A stretch of 64,000 bases of DNA from a virus: the IMG/VR virus record IMGVR_UViG_3300025508_000006, positions 32,001-96,000 of that record; one strand, given 5' to 3'. The position numbers and the translations under genes are program-made. Of this stretch, positions 18,315-30,100 are shown piece by piece (the stretch's first letter is position 1; each line of letters starts with the position of its first letter). The notes under the pieces are model-generated. The model worked only from the letters and a program-made list of their open reading frames with translations. It was not told the DNA's origin and ran no database searches.

Positions 18315-20105
18315 ATGGCAACAACTATTAAATCTACGGATTTAGATTTTGATGCAATCAAGAATAGTCTTAAAACACATTTGATACAATCAGGTGAATT
18401 CAATGACTATAACTTCGAGGGATCGGCACTGTCTAGTCTGCTAGATGTGTTGGCATATAATACACATCAAAATTCACTAGTCGCTAACTATGCTCTAAAC
18501 GAATCATTTTTGAGTACTGCGCAAATGCGCTCCTCACTTGTAGGTCTAGCGGGTGGTTTGGGTTATACTGTCAACTCAAGAACTGCGGCATATGCTGTCG
18601 TGAATCTTTGGATTGAGGATAACGATAATCCATCTAGTGTTACGATGCCCGCAGGTTTTAAGTTTACTACTACCGTTGACAATCTAACGTACACCTTTCA
18701 GACTCGCGACACATTAACCGCAACAAACAATGGTAGTAATCTATATTACTTTACAGCGAATGCTAACATCAATGTTCCTATCTACGAAGGCACATCTAAG
18801 AGCAAGAACTTTATTGCGGGTGAAACGTCTTCTTCAGATTCATATGTTATTCCTGTAACTAATATTGATATCGCAACTATTAAAGTTACTGTATACGAAG
18901 ATCCTTCGCATGTTGTAGGAACGGTTTACACTAACATTTCTAACGCGACAACTATTGACGTGAACTCCGCTATTTTTGTCGCGAAAGAAACACCGAACGG
19001 TTTCTATGAAATATCGTTTGGTAACGGTGTTAGATTCACAAACACTACTCCTAAAGCGGGCAACAGAATACTAGTTGAATATACTACAGTAGCAGGTCCT
19101 TTAGCAAACGGTGCTAGAACATTTACTGCTGAAAGCACTGTCGGTAATGGTAAAACATTAAACATTACTAGCGGAACTTCTGGTGGCGGCAACGAGAAAG
19201 AAGGTATCGAATCTATTCGTAAGAATGCTCCTTATCTTTATGCTTCACAAAACAGAATGGTTACTGCCGAAGACTATGCGGCACTAACACTACGCAATTT
19301 CAAGACTGTTATCAGCGACATCAAAGCATGGGGTGGACAAGACAATGTTCCTCCTAGATATGGTTCTGTATTTCTGTCAGTCGATTTCACTACAGAAGAT
19401 GCTACAGTTATTCTGACCACTAAAGAAGCGATTAAGAGACTTGCAAAAGATTTGTCTGTTGCTTCATTCGACATTCAGTTCTCAGATCCAGTTAATACTT
19501 TCTTAGAAGTGACAACATTCTTCCAGTTTAATCCAAGATTAACATCACTGGGTCAGTCTGCGGTTGAGGCATTGGTACAAAGTGCTACTTCAGATTATTT
19601 TGATGAGAATCTAGGGAAGTTCAATCAATCGTTCCGTCGTTCTAATTTGCTATCCGATATTGATACAGTTGACGGTTCTGTATTGTCTAGTCGATCATCA
19701 ATTAAAATGCAATCAAGATTTGATCCTATCGACGGTGCTGTTGATTACATCATCGACTATCCTGCTCCTATTGCACAACCAGACGATGTTGAGTATGTCA
19801 TACAAAGTGAGAACTTCTTCTTGAACGGTAAGACGTGTTTCTTACGTAATAGAATCAGCACAAGCGTAATTGAGGCAATTAATGTTGCTGACGGTCTTGT
19901 TGAAGTAGATGTAATTGGATCATACGATGCACCTCTAGGCACACTTACTCTTAATGCTTTCGCGGGTTCTTTGATCTCGGGTGACTTCATGAAGATTGTT
20001 GCGACACCTGCCAATCAGTCGGTAATTAATCCAACAAGAAACAATATCCTGAGATTCGACAACGAAGCGTCTATCGCTAGAGCAGTGCTTACAGACACCT
20101 TATAA
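18315..20105 (+). CDS. 6: Baseplate wedge gp6
   Basis: LDFDAIK.SL, DYNFEGS.LS.LLDVLAYNTH, NESFL.TAQ.RSS, FGNG and QNRMVTAEDY. Confidence 0.95.
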   Translation: MATTIKSTDLDFDAIKNSLKTHLIQSGEFNDYNFEGSALSSLLDVLAYNTHQNSLVANYALNESFLSTAQMRSSLVGLAGGLGYTVNSRTAAYAVVNLWIEDNDNPSSVTMPAGFKFTTTVDNLTYTFQTRDTLTATNNGSNLYYFTANANINVPIYEGTSKSKNFIAGETSSSDSYVIPVTNIDIATIKVTVYEDPSHVVGTVYTNISNATTIDVNSAIFVAKETPNGFYEISFGNGVRFTNTTPKAGNRILVEYTTVAGPLANGARTFTAESTVGNGKTLNITSGTSGGGNEKEGIESIRKNAPYLYASQNRMVTAEDYAALTLRNFKTVISDIKAWGGQDNVPPRYGSVFLSVDFTTEDATVILTTKEAIKRLAKDLSVASFDIQFSDPVNTFLEVTTFFQFNPRLTSLGQSAVEALVQSATSDYFDENLGKFNQSFRRSNLLSDIDTVDGSVLSSRSSIKMQSRFDPIDGAVDYIIDYPAPIAQPDDVEYVIQSENFFLNGKTCFLRNRISTSVIEAINVADGLVEVDVIGSYDAPLGTLTLNAFAGSLISGDFMKIVATPANQSVINPTRNNILRFDNEASIARAVLTDTL

Positions 20106-20108
20106 ATA
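20101..20108 (+). promoter_or_regulatory. T4-type late promoter
   Basis: TATAAATA overlapping the gp6 stop, upstream of gp8. Confidence 0.75.
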
Positions 20109-20135
20109 GACTCATATTACTAAAGAGAAAAATAA

Positions 20136-21530
20136 ATGACATCTGCAATTACTAATACGTTTAGGAGTCTTCTTTTAGATCAACTTAAAGAAGACATCGA
20201 CGGCACGAGCGAGAACTATTATATTGGTCTTGCGAGGGCGGACTTGATTACCAATCCTACGATTGAAAACTCGATCTATGCGCAGAATCAAGTTAGACAT
20301 TCTCTTCAGGCAGTTAAAGCACTGAATAACGCCTCTCATGTTATTAAGAACGTTACTTGGTCATCTGGTTTTGCTTACGAATCCTATAACGATGCTCTAC
20401 CTGCTCAAGAGAATTTCTATGTTATTAATTCATCAAGAGAAGTGTTTATCTGTATAGAGCAAGGTAAAAATGCTGAAGGTATTGTTCAGCAGTCAGTAAA
20501 TCAACCATTCGCATCGCATGAACGATCTGTTGTGAATGGAGGTGGTTTAGCATCTAATGGTAAAACCTTTATTCTCGAAGACCTATATAAGTGGCGTTAC
20601 CTGTTCACACTATCAAACCTTGCATATGCTACATACAAAACAAACGAATGGATTCCAGTAAAGAAAGCATTATCTACTGCAACTATTGCAGAAGAGATAG
20701 AACAGTACACACTACAACAAGCATCAACTGACGGTGAAATTCTCAGTGTTGAAATTGTTGATGGAGGTTCAGGTTATACTGCAACTCCTGATCTCACGAT
20801 AGATGGTGATGGTATTTTAGCAGACTTTGAAGTCACTATCAATAATGGTAGTGTTGTAAAAGTAGAAGTATCGCAAAGTGAACTTGACGCATCGTATCAA
20901 CACGGAACAGGTTATCGGTGTGCAATAGCAACATTATCTGCTGGTAATGCAGTACTGCGACCAATCATATCACCTCCGAAGGGCACACACGACGATCCAA
21001 CTAAGATTCTAAAGTCGGTTGCACTAATGTTACAAGCAGATTTTAAATCGGACGAAGACGCGAAGATTCGAACAGAGAATGATTTTTATCAAACTTGTTT
21101 ATTGAGAAATCTAAAGAAGTATGGTGACAGTGATGGAGAACAAGGTTATGTTGGTACAGATTCTGACTTTGATTTGAATGTTGGCAGCGCATTAAAAATT
21201 CTACAAATTAATAAAACAAATGGCGTGTTTGGTCCAGATGATGTATTCTCTAATGCTGAAAACACCATACAAGGTAAAGTGTATCACTATGATTCTGACG
21301 GTGCACAAAAGTTATATTATTATCAAGACGAGACTACAGGATTCGGTAAGTTTAATACCGGAGGTTCTCTTGTCAATAGAACCGTAACAGGCACAGGCAA
21401 CATTCTTAGATTATTTAATCCTGACGTTGACGCCACAACCGGTGATATTTTACACATAAATAATGTTGGACAGATAACACGCGGTTCTAATCAAACCGAA
21501 GACATTCGCATCGTAATTCAGTTAGGATAA
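20136..21530 (+). CDS. 8: Baseplate wedge gp8
   Basis: W.SG..Y..Y, FYVINS..EVFICI, YKWRYLFT, WIPV and C-terminal GDIL.INN...I.R..NQTEDIRIVIQ. Confidence 0.85.
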   Translation: MTSAITNTFRSLLLDQLKEDIDGTSENYYIGLARADLITNPTIENSIYAQNQVRHSLQAVKALNNASHVIKNVTWSSGFAYESYNDALPAQENFYVINSSREVFICIEQGKNAEGIVQQSVNQPFASHERSVVNGGGLASNGKTFILEDLYKWRYLFTLSNLAYATYKTNEWIPVKKALSTATIAEEIEQYTLQQASTDGEILSVEIVDGGSGYTATPDLTIDGDGILADFEVTINNGSVVKVEVSQSELDASYQHGTGYRCAIATLSAGNAVLRPIISPPKGTHDDPTKILKSVALMLQADFKSDEDAKIRTENDFYQTCLLRNLKKYGDSDGEQGYVGTDSDFDLNVGSALKILQINKTNGVFGPDDVFSNAENTIQGKVYHYDSDGAQKLYYYQDETTGFGKFNTGGSLVNRTVTGTGNILRLFNPDVDATTGDILHINNVGQITRGSNQTEDIRIVIQLG

Positions 21531-21542
21531 GAGACTAAAAAC

Positions 21543-24500
21543 ATGGCAAATATATTCACATCTAATACGTTATCTGGAAGTTATGCAGACGATTATAACG
21601 CTAATGACAACTATCATCAGATATTGTTTAACAGCGGTCGCGCACTTCAGTCACGAGAACTTACACAGATGCAGACTCTTATCTATGAAGAGATGGGTCG
21701 CATGGGTTCGAACATATTTAAAGACGGTGCAGTAGTAAATGGTGGTGGTGTTAGCATGAACAATGCTTATCACTTCGTCAAGATTGCATCTACTAATCAG
21801 GGTGGCGAGTTCGGTGCTATACCAAACGGCACTATCATAAAGAATCCTAACACAAATGTTTCTGCTCAGGTTATTCAAGCGATACCTGCTAACGGTACTC
21901 AGTTATTTGATACACTGTTCGTTGAGTACATTAATAGTGGTAATGCACTAGCGACAAATTCACCAACTACATTTGGTGATAACGAAACCCTAGTTGAGCA
22001 ATTTGCTACAAGCAGTGCTTATGAGTTAGTGACAGAGACTCCTGATGCGACAGGTTACGGTGCTAAGTTTACTGTTGCAGAAGGCGACTTCTTCATTCTA
22101 GGTCGTTTTGTTCATACCGAAGAACAGTCGATTATTCTTTCATCTTATACTGGTGACAACATTAATGCTGAGGTAGGTTTCAAAGTCATTCAGCAAGTAG
22201 TAACTGTTACAGATACCGATTCTCTCTATGACAATGCTTCGGGTATTGTTAATACTGCTTCACCTGGTGCTGATCGACTTCGCATCAGATTAGAACTTAC
22301 TACTAGAGATTTGATTGGAGTAAACGATACGTTCGTATTCCTTGCAGAGGTTGAAAACTCAGCAATCAGTGAACAACTACAATCTATTGACGCATATAGT
22401 AAAATCGAAGAACTTCTTGCGCTACGTACTAAGGAAGAGTCTGGTGATTATGTTGTCGAACCTTTCATTGTTAATGTCAGTGAAAACGACAATGGCATAG
22501 ATGCTAATCTCGAACTTAATGTAAGTGAAGGTACTGCATATGTAAATGGTTATCGTGCAGAGAATCAATCACCAATTACTTTAAGTCTTCCACGACCAAC
22601 AGAAACCGAGACAGTAGAGAACGATGTTATCGGTGTGAACTACGGCAACTACTTTGTATGTACTGCAAACAGAGGTCTTCCTAATCTTGATCTTGCAAGA
22701 GTTGACTTGTGGAGCGCAACAGGTTATGGCGGTGGTGGTACTGATTACGGTACTTGTCGTATTCGTGCAGTAGAACCTTTCGGAACTAAGTTTAAAGTTT
22801 ATGTATTTGACATGAGAGTGTTTACTACAGAAGACCTCGGTAATGTAAAAAGTATTGGTTCCTCAACTACTGATTACTTCGATATCGATTTACAGGGTGG
22901 TAAAGCAGTACTACACGAAACTACTAATAATAATACAGCATTATTTGCAGCGGCATATCCTCGTATAGAGTCTCTTGCAGATATTGTGTTATCAAAACAA
23001 GTACGTCAACAAAAGACTGCATCCACTAATGCTGTCACTCTTGATCAGTTACCCGTGGGTTCTTCATATGTAGATTCATCTTTATGGATTGTAAGTTTAA
23101 GCAGTGCAGTGATCGAAGCACCTAGCACCTACACTGTTGCTATCACTAACGGTGGTAGAGATGCTACTATAACAAGTCTTGCTAGTGCTTCTGGTACGTA
23201 TGAAATTCTTGCTTATGTTCAGAAGACTGCAACAGTTCGTCCAAAGACTCTCACAACCGCAACTGCAACTATCAACAGTACTACTGACTCTGCTGGTCGT
23301 ACATTGTTTGATATTGGTGTTCCTGACATCTACTCTATTGATTCAGTGCGTCAAAGTAACAGTGTAGGTTTTGATCTCTCGTCCGCAGTAGTACTTGACG
23401 ATGGACAACGTGACAACTATTATGCTGACGGTAGTCTTTTACTCAAAGAAGGTCATGCAGATCCTTCTGCGATCTACATTTCATATAAGCACTTTGCACG
23501 AGGCAGTGGTGATTTCTACGCTCCTTCTTCTTACAACGTTCCTTATAAAGATATTCCTTTACATACATCAGTCACTGGTGATACAATTGATCTACGTGAT
23601 GTTGTTGACTTCAGAGGAGATAGAAATGGTTTCGAAGGAACTTTCTCTAATGTCAATGCTCTACCTAGAGTAGGTACTAATATTACTGCTGATATCGACT
23701 ATTATCTACCTCGTGCAGATAAAGTGATTATTACACCAGAAGGTGAAGTACAAGTATTAATGGGTCAGCAAGCGCGTGAACCTCAGTTCAAAGAAACGCC
23801 TATGCACTCTATGGAACTATACAAGATTATTCTCAACGGTAATACTATCAGCGAAAATGATTTGACTGTACTTCCAACAGCACAGCAACGCGGTTACACG
23901 ATGAAAGATATTGGTGATATTGATCGCAAATTAGATGCTCTTGAAGAATCCACATCATTAAGCATTGCAGAACTTGAAGCGAGATTGGACAATGTTCTTG
24001 ATAGTGCTGGTGTTATTCGTATCATTAGTGGTATGCAAGTAGACGAGCATGGCGATCAAGGCAATAGTGAAGTCGAATCACCCGATTATAAGGCAGCAAT
24101 TGATCCTGAGAATCGTTTAGTACGTCCTTCTTTTGAAGAAGGTAATATGCGTCTAATCTTCGACTCGGCGGCATCTTCGGGTGTTGTTAAGAAAGGTGAT
24201 AATGTTTATCTTGCTCACACCGAAGCATCTTGGGTAAACCAAAGTATTGCATCACGGTCAGTTAAGATCAATCCGTTCGGTCTTATTGATAATGTAGGAA
24301 CGATGAAACTATCACCATCAACTGATGAGTGGAAAGAATCTATTCAAAATGCCGCCAAGTCTCTTGCGGGTTCGGGTCGTCTATTCGGTAATCAGGCATT
24401 CTTATGGAATAACTGGATGTGGAACTGGCAGGGACGTACTGCGAAAGAGAATGCTGAAATTTCTAAGTTGGCAGGAGTAGTTCGTACTGGTTCTGGCAGA

Positions 24501-26921
24501 GCGAAAGCATTTGCTTTAAGAACATTACATAATAAATATGGACTATCACAATCCGCCACTATCAAACGTATTATCTCTGGTAATACTCTACGTAACGTAG
24601 TAGGTGACAGAACTATTGATGTTGCATTTGTACCATGGATTAGATCACGTAAGATTTACTTCAAGGCACAAGGACTAACGCCCAACACTAAGTTTACACC
24701 ATTCTTTGATGGTACTGATGTTTCAGTTTGGTGTCGCGAAGAATCATCGTTTGTTCAGTGGTCTGATAGAACAGATGAGATTGGTAACAAGTTTACTCAC
24801 TCAGCGATAGTCGGTCATCCAGACGGCACAAGCGATCTGATTGCTGATGCTAACGGCGAAGTTATTGGATCATTCTTCATTCCTAATATCAGTCCTAAGT
24901 TAGAAGTTGCTCACACTAAGTATCGCGGACGATACAACAAATATTATCTACGATTCAGATCAGGCGCACGAGAGTTCAAACTTCTCGATATTAATGTCAA
25001 TGATTGGGCAAGTGCAAACAGTAAAGCATTCACTCACTATACTGTTAAAGGTCTGTTGCCTTGGACTTGGTACAATCCTTTAACTTATACACGTGGTCAT
25101 CGTTATCTTTATCCTTACAACTATCGACATAAGTTGTATTCAGCAAAAGAAATGAAAAAGGTTCTTGATAGTATACCAGCGAGTCAGGTGAATATTATTG
25201 ATCCAAGATTATCTGGACTATATGGTCCTGACGGTGTATCTCTGAATGCGGCAGCACTACAGACGCTTGCTAATAATCAAGATATGTCTAAGGTTCTGTC
25301 TGACTACATTAACGTGAATCAGGCACAGTTCGCTTCTATTCTTGGTGTAAGAGCAATTCCTACTCCTATGAATCCATTGGCACAGTCCTTTAAAGTCAAC
25401 AACGAGTTTGGCGTAACACTAACTAAAATCGAGTTGTTCTTTAAGTCGAAACCAACTAATGTATCTCTGCCTGTTTCTGTACATGTTCGTCCTGTAGAGA
25501 ATGGTAAACCTTCGATGAGTAGCATAGTACCAGACTCGCATGTTTATGTCAATAGTGCAAATGTTATTGTTTCTAGCACAGGTGCTCAGTTAGCAACTAT
25601 TCAAGGTAATGGAACGTCATTCGTATTCGACGAACCTATTTACTTGGCACCAGGACAAGACTATGCTATTGTAGTTACTTCACAGTCAACTGAATATGAA
25701 TTGTTCAGTGCTAGAACTAGAGAGTCGGTTATCAACTCAACTGGTAGATACAACACTACACAAACTCCGGGTTATCTCTTCTTACCACAAAATGGTAAGA
25801 ACTGGGAGAAATCACAGAACGAAGACTTAATGTTTAAAGTTACTCGTGCAGTGTTCGGTTCAGGCGGCGGTGCTAACGGTAGTGTGATATTGAAAAATGC
25901 TTCTGTTCCTGCTAAACTTCTTGAAGAGAATCCGATTCAAACTACGTTCAGCGACGAAAAGATTTATGTACGTCACATCAATCACGGTTTACGTCCAGGT
26001 GATGGTTGTAATGTTGATAGTGCTACAGAAACGGGTGGTTTCTCTGCCGCACAGTTGAGCGGTTCGCATCAAGTTATTGATGTTGATATGTACGGTTACA
26101 GATTTGAAATTGATCCTTCTAATCCTGTTGTTGCTACATCAACAGCAACTGGTGGTGGTGAGAGAGTATTGTCACAAGGAAATATAAACTTCTCAGTAGT
26201 TAATCCAATTATCGAGTCGATTATTCCTAACTCTACTTCGATTGATGTATCAGGTAAGTTTACTTCTGGGCGATCAATCTCTGGTTCAGAAACTCGATTT
26301 ACACAGGACGCTAATTTTAACAGAATTACTCCTAAGACTAATACTGATCTTGCCTCAACGTTCACTCTGTATAACGACTTCGAAGTTGATTCATCTACCA
26401 TGAGCGGAATCAATTCTTCTACTTTGTTTAAAGTTGACATGAAGAGTGCTAATGATTATGTTTCACCAATCATTGACTTACAAAGATCATCTTTGGTCAC
26501 AGTAAACAATCTAGTTGATGATCCATCGGTTACTCCTCACATCTATAGTGTTGGAGCAACGGCAGCATCAGGAGCGTCTTCAAGTACTGCTCACATTATG
26601 AAACCAGTTGTTCTTGATCAACCTGCTATCGGTATTGAGATTACAGCGGAGTTAGCGATACACTATACAAGTAATGTTAAAGTATACTATAGAGTAGGCG
26701 CCGCAGATGAGAATCTTAATGATCTTGTATGGATACTTCAACCAGAATTTAGCACTATCGTTAAAGATGCACAAATGCGTAAAGTTAAGTTTCTTGCTGG
26801 TGGTCAGGGCGGTACACTGAAACCATTTAATCAAGCACAGACTAAGTTGATTATTGAAGGAACTGATCCTGCAAATACAGCAAAAATAGGTGATATAGTT
26901 GTTAAGTGGTTAGCAAGTTAA
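21543..26921 (+). CDS. Large virion structural protein (DUF4815/VrlC-like)
   Basis: YHQILF..GRALQSRELTQMQ, PGADRLRI, RTKEESGDY, YYLPR.D, YTMKDIG.I..R, PWIRSR and PLAQSF. Confidence 0.8.
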   Translation: MANIFTSNTLSGSYADDYNANDNYHQILFNSGRALQSRELTQMQTLIYEEMGRMGSNIFKDGAVVNGGGVSMNNAYHFVKIASTNQGGEFGAIPNGTIIKNPNTNVSAQVIQAIPANGTQLFDTLFVEYINSGNALATNSPTTFGDNETLVEQFATSSAYELVTETPDATGYGAKFTVAEGDFFILGRFVHTEEQSIILSSYTGDNINAEVGFKVIQQVVTVTDTDSLYDNASGIVNTASPGADRLRIRLELTTRDLIGVNDTFVFLAEVENSAISEQLQSIDAYSKIEELLALRTKEESGDYVVEPFIVNVSENDNGIDANLELNVSEGTAYVNGYRAENQSPITLSLPRPTETETVENDVIGVNYGNYFVCTANRGLPNLDLARVDLWSATGYGGGGTDYGTCRIRAVEPFGTKFKVYVFDMRVFTTEDLGNVKSIGSSTTDYFDIDLQGGKAVLHETTNNNTALFAAAYPRIESLADIVLSKQVRQQKTASTNAVTLDQLPVGSSYVDSSLWIVSLSSAVIEAPSTYTVAITNGGRDATITSLASASGTYEILAYVQKTATVRPKTLTTATATINSTTDSAGRTLFDIGVPDIYSIDSVRQSNSVGFDLSSAVVLDDGQRDNYYADGSLLLKEGHADPSAIYISYKHFARGSGDFYAPSSYNVPYKDIPLHTSVTGDTIDLRDVVDFRGDRNGFEGTFSNVNALPRVGTNITADIDYYLPRADKVIITPEGEVQVLMGQQAREPQFKETPMHSMELYKIILNGNTISENDLTVLPTAQQRGYTMKDIGDIDRKLDALEESTSLSIAELEARLDNVLDSAGVIRIISGMQVDEHGDQGNSEVESPDYKAAIDPENRLVRPSFEEGNMRLIFDSAASSGVVKKGDNVYLAHTEASWVNQSIASRSVKINPFGLIDNVGTMKLSPSTDEWKESIQNAAKSLAGSGRLFGNQAFLWNNWMWNWQGRTAKENAEISKLAGVVRTGSGRAKAFALRTLHNKYGLSQSATIKRIISGNTLRNVVGDRTIDVAFVPWIRSRKIYFKAQGLTPNTKFTPFFDGTDVSVWCREESSFVQWSDRTDEIGNKFTHSAIVGHPDGTSDLIADANGEVIGSFFIPNISPKLEVAHTKYRGRYNKYYLRFRSGAREFKLLDINVNDWASANSKAFTHYTVKGLLPWTWYNPLTYTRGHRYLYPYNYRHKLYSAKEMKKVLDSIPASQVNIIDPRLSGLYGPDGVSLNAAALQTLANNQDMSKVLSDYINVNQAQFASILGVRAIPTPMNPLAQSFKVNNEFGVTLTKIELFFKSKPTNVSLPVSVHVRPVENGKPSMSSIVPDSHVYVNSANVIVSSTGAQLATIQGNGTSFVFDEPIYLAPGQDYAIVVTSQSTEYELFSARTRESVINSTGRYNTTQTPGYLFLPQNGKNWEKSQNEDLMFKVTRAVFGSGGGANGSVILKNASVPAKLLEENPIQTTFSDEKIYVRHINHGLRPGDGCNVDSATETGGFSAAQLSGSHQVIDVDMYGYRFEIDPSNPVVATSTATGGGERVLSQGNINFSVVNPIIESIIPNSTSIDVSGKFTSGRSISGSETRFTQDANFNRITPKTNTDLASTFTLYNDFEVDSSTMSGINSSTLFKVDMKSANDYVSPIIDLQRSSLVTVNNLVDDPSVTPHIYSVGATAASGASSSTAHIMKPVVLDQPAIGIEITAELAIHYTSNVKVYYRVGAADENLNDLVWILQPEFSTIVKDAQMRKVKFLAGGQGGTLKPFNQAQTKLIIEGTDPANTAKIGDIVVKWLAS

Positions 26922-26922
26922 A

Positions 26923-27153
26923 ATGTCGCGCTACGTTAAAGTAGATGGTGTTCCTGGGTTAGTTCGAGATATGGAGTCTAATGCGTTAATAAACGTAAAT
27001 TCTCATGAGATCGAACTTGCCCAGAAACAAAAGAGAATAAGAGAGAAGTCTAAAATAAATCGTCAAAACTTAGAGGATACAGTAGAAGTACTTCAGAAAG
27101 ATATGTGTGAAATAAAGGAAGCATTAGCAATATTGCTTTCCAGAAGCATATAA
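26923..27153 (+). CDS. Small conserved hypothetical protein (coiled-coil C-terminus)
   Basis: KVDG..GLVRD..SNALIN...EIK..L..LL, the kind of ORF that usually follows the DUF4815 gene. Confidence 0.7.
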   Translation: MSRYVKVDGVPGLVRDMESNALINVNSHEIELAQKQKRIREKSKINRQNLEDTVEVLQKDMCEIKEALAILLSRSI

Positions 27154-27156
27154 ATA
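27149..27156 (+). promoter_or_regulatory. T4-type late promoter
   Basis: TATAAATA upstream of the giant repeat gene. Confidence 0.8.
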
Positions 27157-27188
27157 AATGAAACAACTGACTCTAAGATGATAGATTT

Positions 27189-30100
27189 ATGTCCTTACCG
27201 CTAAAACATCTCGGCACTGGTGCTCTTCAAGAACTCGCTACGCTTGATATTGATTATCTTGCGTATCAAGCGGGTATTCATCTTGGTAAAATGAGTAACG
27301 AAGATGTCTCTGCTATCTCCACAAATGGTAGCGGAGCAACAGTTGTCGGATCTTTTACAGATACTCTGTATGAGACAACAGTCGGTTCTACTCCAGGAAC
27401 AACTTACACCGTAAACTTTACTGTTGAACATCGTTCTAATCCTGGAACTGGTACACATACTGCAATATTCACAGCACAGAATGAAATGCCATCTCCTTTA
27501 TATGTCGGAGATACAGTTTATGTTATCGTGAACGGTGATGCTATAACTGGATTCGAAGAGATCGGACACGAACTTGCTGTATCTGGTGATGCACTATTTG
27601 TTACCGAAGGTGTTAACACAACACCTACAGCAAATTCAGTTGATGGAACAAGAGTCGAGTGGGAAGACTTTCAGAATGTCGCAGGTCTCTCGGGATCATA
27701 TCAGTCTGCCTTTGAAATTAAAGTGACTCAAGTAGGTCTCTTAAACTTTACTTTAACTGCTAACTCTACTGACGTAGATAACACAATCAAACAAACTGCT
27801 AATACTAGTATTATATTTCCTACTGTTGAAGTTGAAGAGACTTTACCACCGGAGTCTATAGGCGTACAGACTGATCTTTATCAAAAGACTACTGCTTCAC
27901 AACCTATTAATACGACCAGTGCTTTAAAGAAAAATCCAATATACTGGAACAGAGCATTAACGCCTAATGGTGTTAAGGAGATGAATGACGCAGAACTTGA
28001 CGCATTTTGCGAAGAGTTAGTCATACGTATTATGCGGGACGAGTTGCCTGGTACTTATCGTCTATCCTCTAACAGTCCTGGTGCTAATTGGGTTCAGTTT
28101 ATTCCTAGCGTATTCGAAGATACTCGTGCTGACGGAACTACAGTACCGTATTCAATATGGATAAGACAAGCGGGTATTAAACCTACTGTAATCAGACCAG
28201 TTTATGTTGCACGTAATGTAGAGAATGGTTGGGCAGGACTAAAAGAACATACAGATGCCGAAGTAGAATTTACTTTCGGCGAACGCGTAAAGAAAGCAAT
28301 TGAAACTACAGGAATTGGTAAGTATCAGTTGCGCTCTTCAACACAAGGTGCACCCACTGATGCAGGTACATGGGTTGCACGTGGTAGTGCAATAGATACA
28401 AGACTTGAATACTTCTATGATACTGGTTATCAGGCACTAGAAACCTACACGTCACAATATACAGAAGATTATCTTGGTGAGTATGAAGCAACTTATGCGG
28501 GTAACTATGAACCCACTTACACAGGCGAGTTCACAGGCGATTACCTAGGCACTTACGATGGTGACTTCATTGGCAACTACACTCCAACATATGACGGTGA
28601 TTATCTAGGCGATTACTCGCAGAACTATCTTGGTGACTACAACACAGAATATACTCAGAACTATCTAGGTGACTATGTAAATCAATACACACCTACATAT
28701 GATGGTGCCGATTACATTAGTGATTATGAAAATACATATGATGCTGATGCTGTCATTGAGCAATATGCCAGCGACTACGAATCTGTCGATTACGTTGGCA
28801 ACTATATTTCTGATTATAACACAGACTATATTTCCGATTATACCAATACATATCTTTCAGACTATTCTGGTACAGAGTATGTCGGCAATTATATTTCTGA
28901 TTATCTAGGTGGATTCCAGACCGATTATCTCGGAAACTATATTTCAAATTATATTGATGATGTTTATGTAGGCAACTACATCACTGATTACACCAGCGAT
29001 TATATTAGTAACTATCTTGGATCTTATGATGGTGATTATCTAGGTGATTATGGCGCAAGTTATGAAGGTGCTTATGATAACTCATACGAAGGAGACTTCC
29101 AAGCAACTTATGCTGGTGACTTCACTGCTGATTATCTCGGAACATATCTGACAGATTACGATTCGCAATACGAAGGGCAGTTCTCTGAAAACTACGATGG
29201 TGATTACATCAGCGACTATCTCGGAACATATTCTAGTGGATATGAGTCTGAATATGAGACAGGTTATATAACCCAATACGAAGGCGCGTATGATGAATCA
29301 GAATATGTGGGCAACTTTGTTGCTAGTTATGATAACTCATACGAAGGAGACTTCCAAGCAACTTACGCTGGTGATTACATCAGCGACTATCTCGGAACAT
29401 ACCTAAATGATTATGATTCACAATATGAAGGTCAATTCGCAGATAACTACGCCGGCGATTACATCAGCGACTACCTTGGAACATACGCTAGTGGATATGA
29501 GTCTGATTACTCCACTGACTACCTTACACAATACGAAGGTGCGTATGATGAATCAGTATATGTGGGCAACTTTGTTGCTAGTTATGATAACTCATACGAG
29601 GGTGACTTTCAAGCAACTTATGCTGGTGACTTCACTGCTGATTATCTTGGAACATACCTAAATGATTATGATTCACAATATGAGGGTCAGTTCGCAGATA
29701 ACTACGATGGTGATTACATCAGCGACTATCTCGGAACGTACACTAGCGGATATGTGTCTGATTACTCTACTGACTATCTTACACAATACGAAGGTGCGTA
29801 TGATGAAGCGAATTATCTAGGAAACTTTGTTGCTGATTATGTGTCTGACTTCGAAGGTGCTTACACCAATTTGTATGCTGGTGATTATATCAGCGACTAT
29901 CTTGGAACATATGCTGGTGAATATGAAAGTGCTTATGCTACAAACTTCGATGGTATTTACGTTGGTGGATTCGATACAGATTATACAGCAACTTTTGATG
30001 GAGAATACGAGAACACCTATATCGGCAACTATGTTTCAGACTATCTTAATGAGTTTGAAACCACATACACAGGCGACTATGGTGGTGAATACACCTCTAC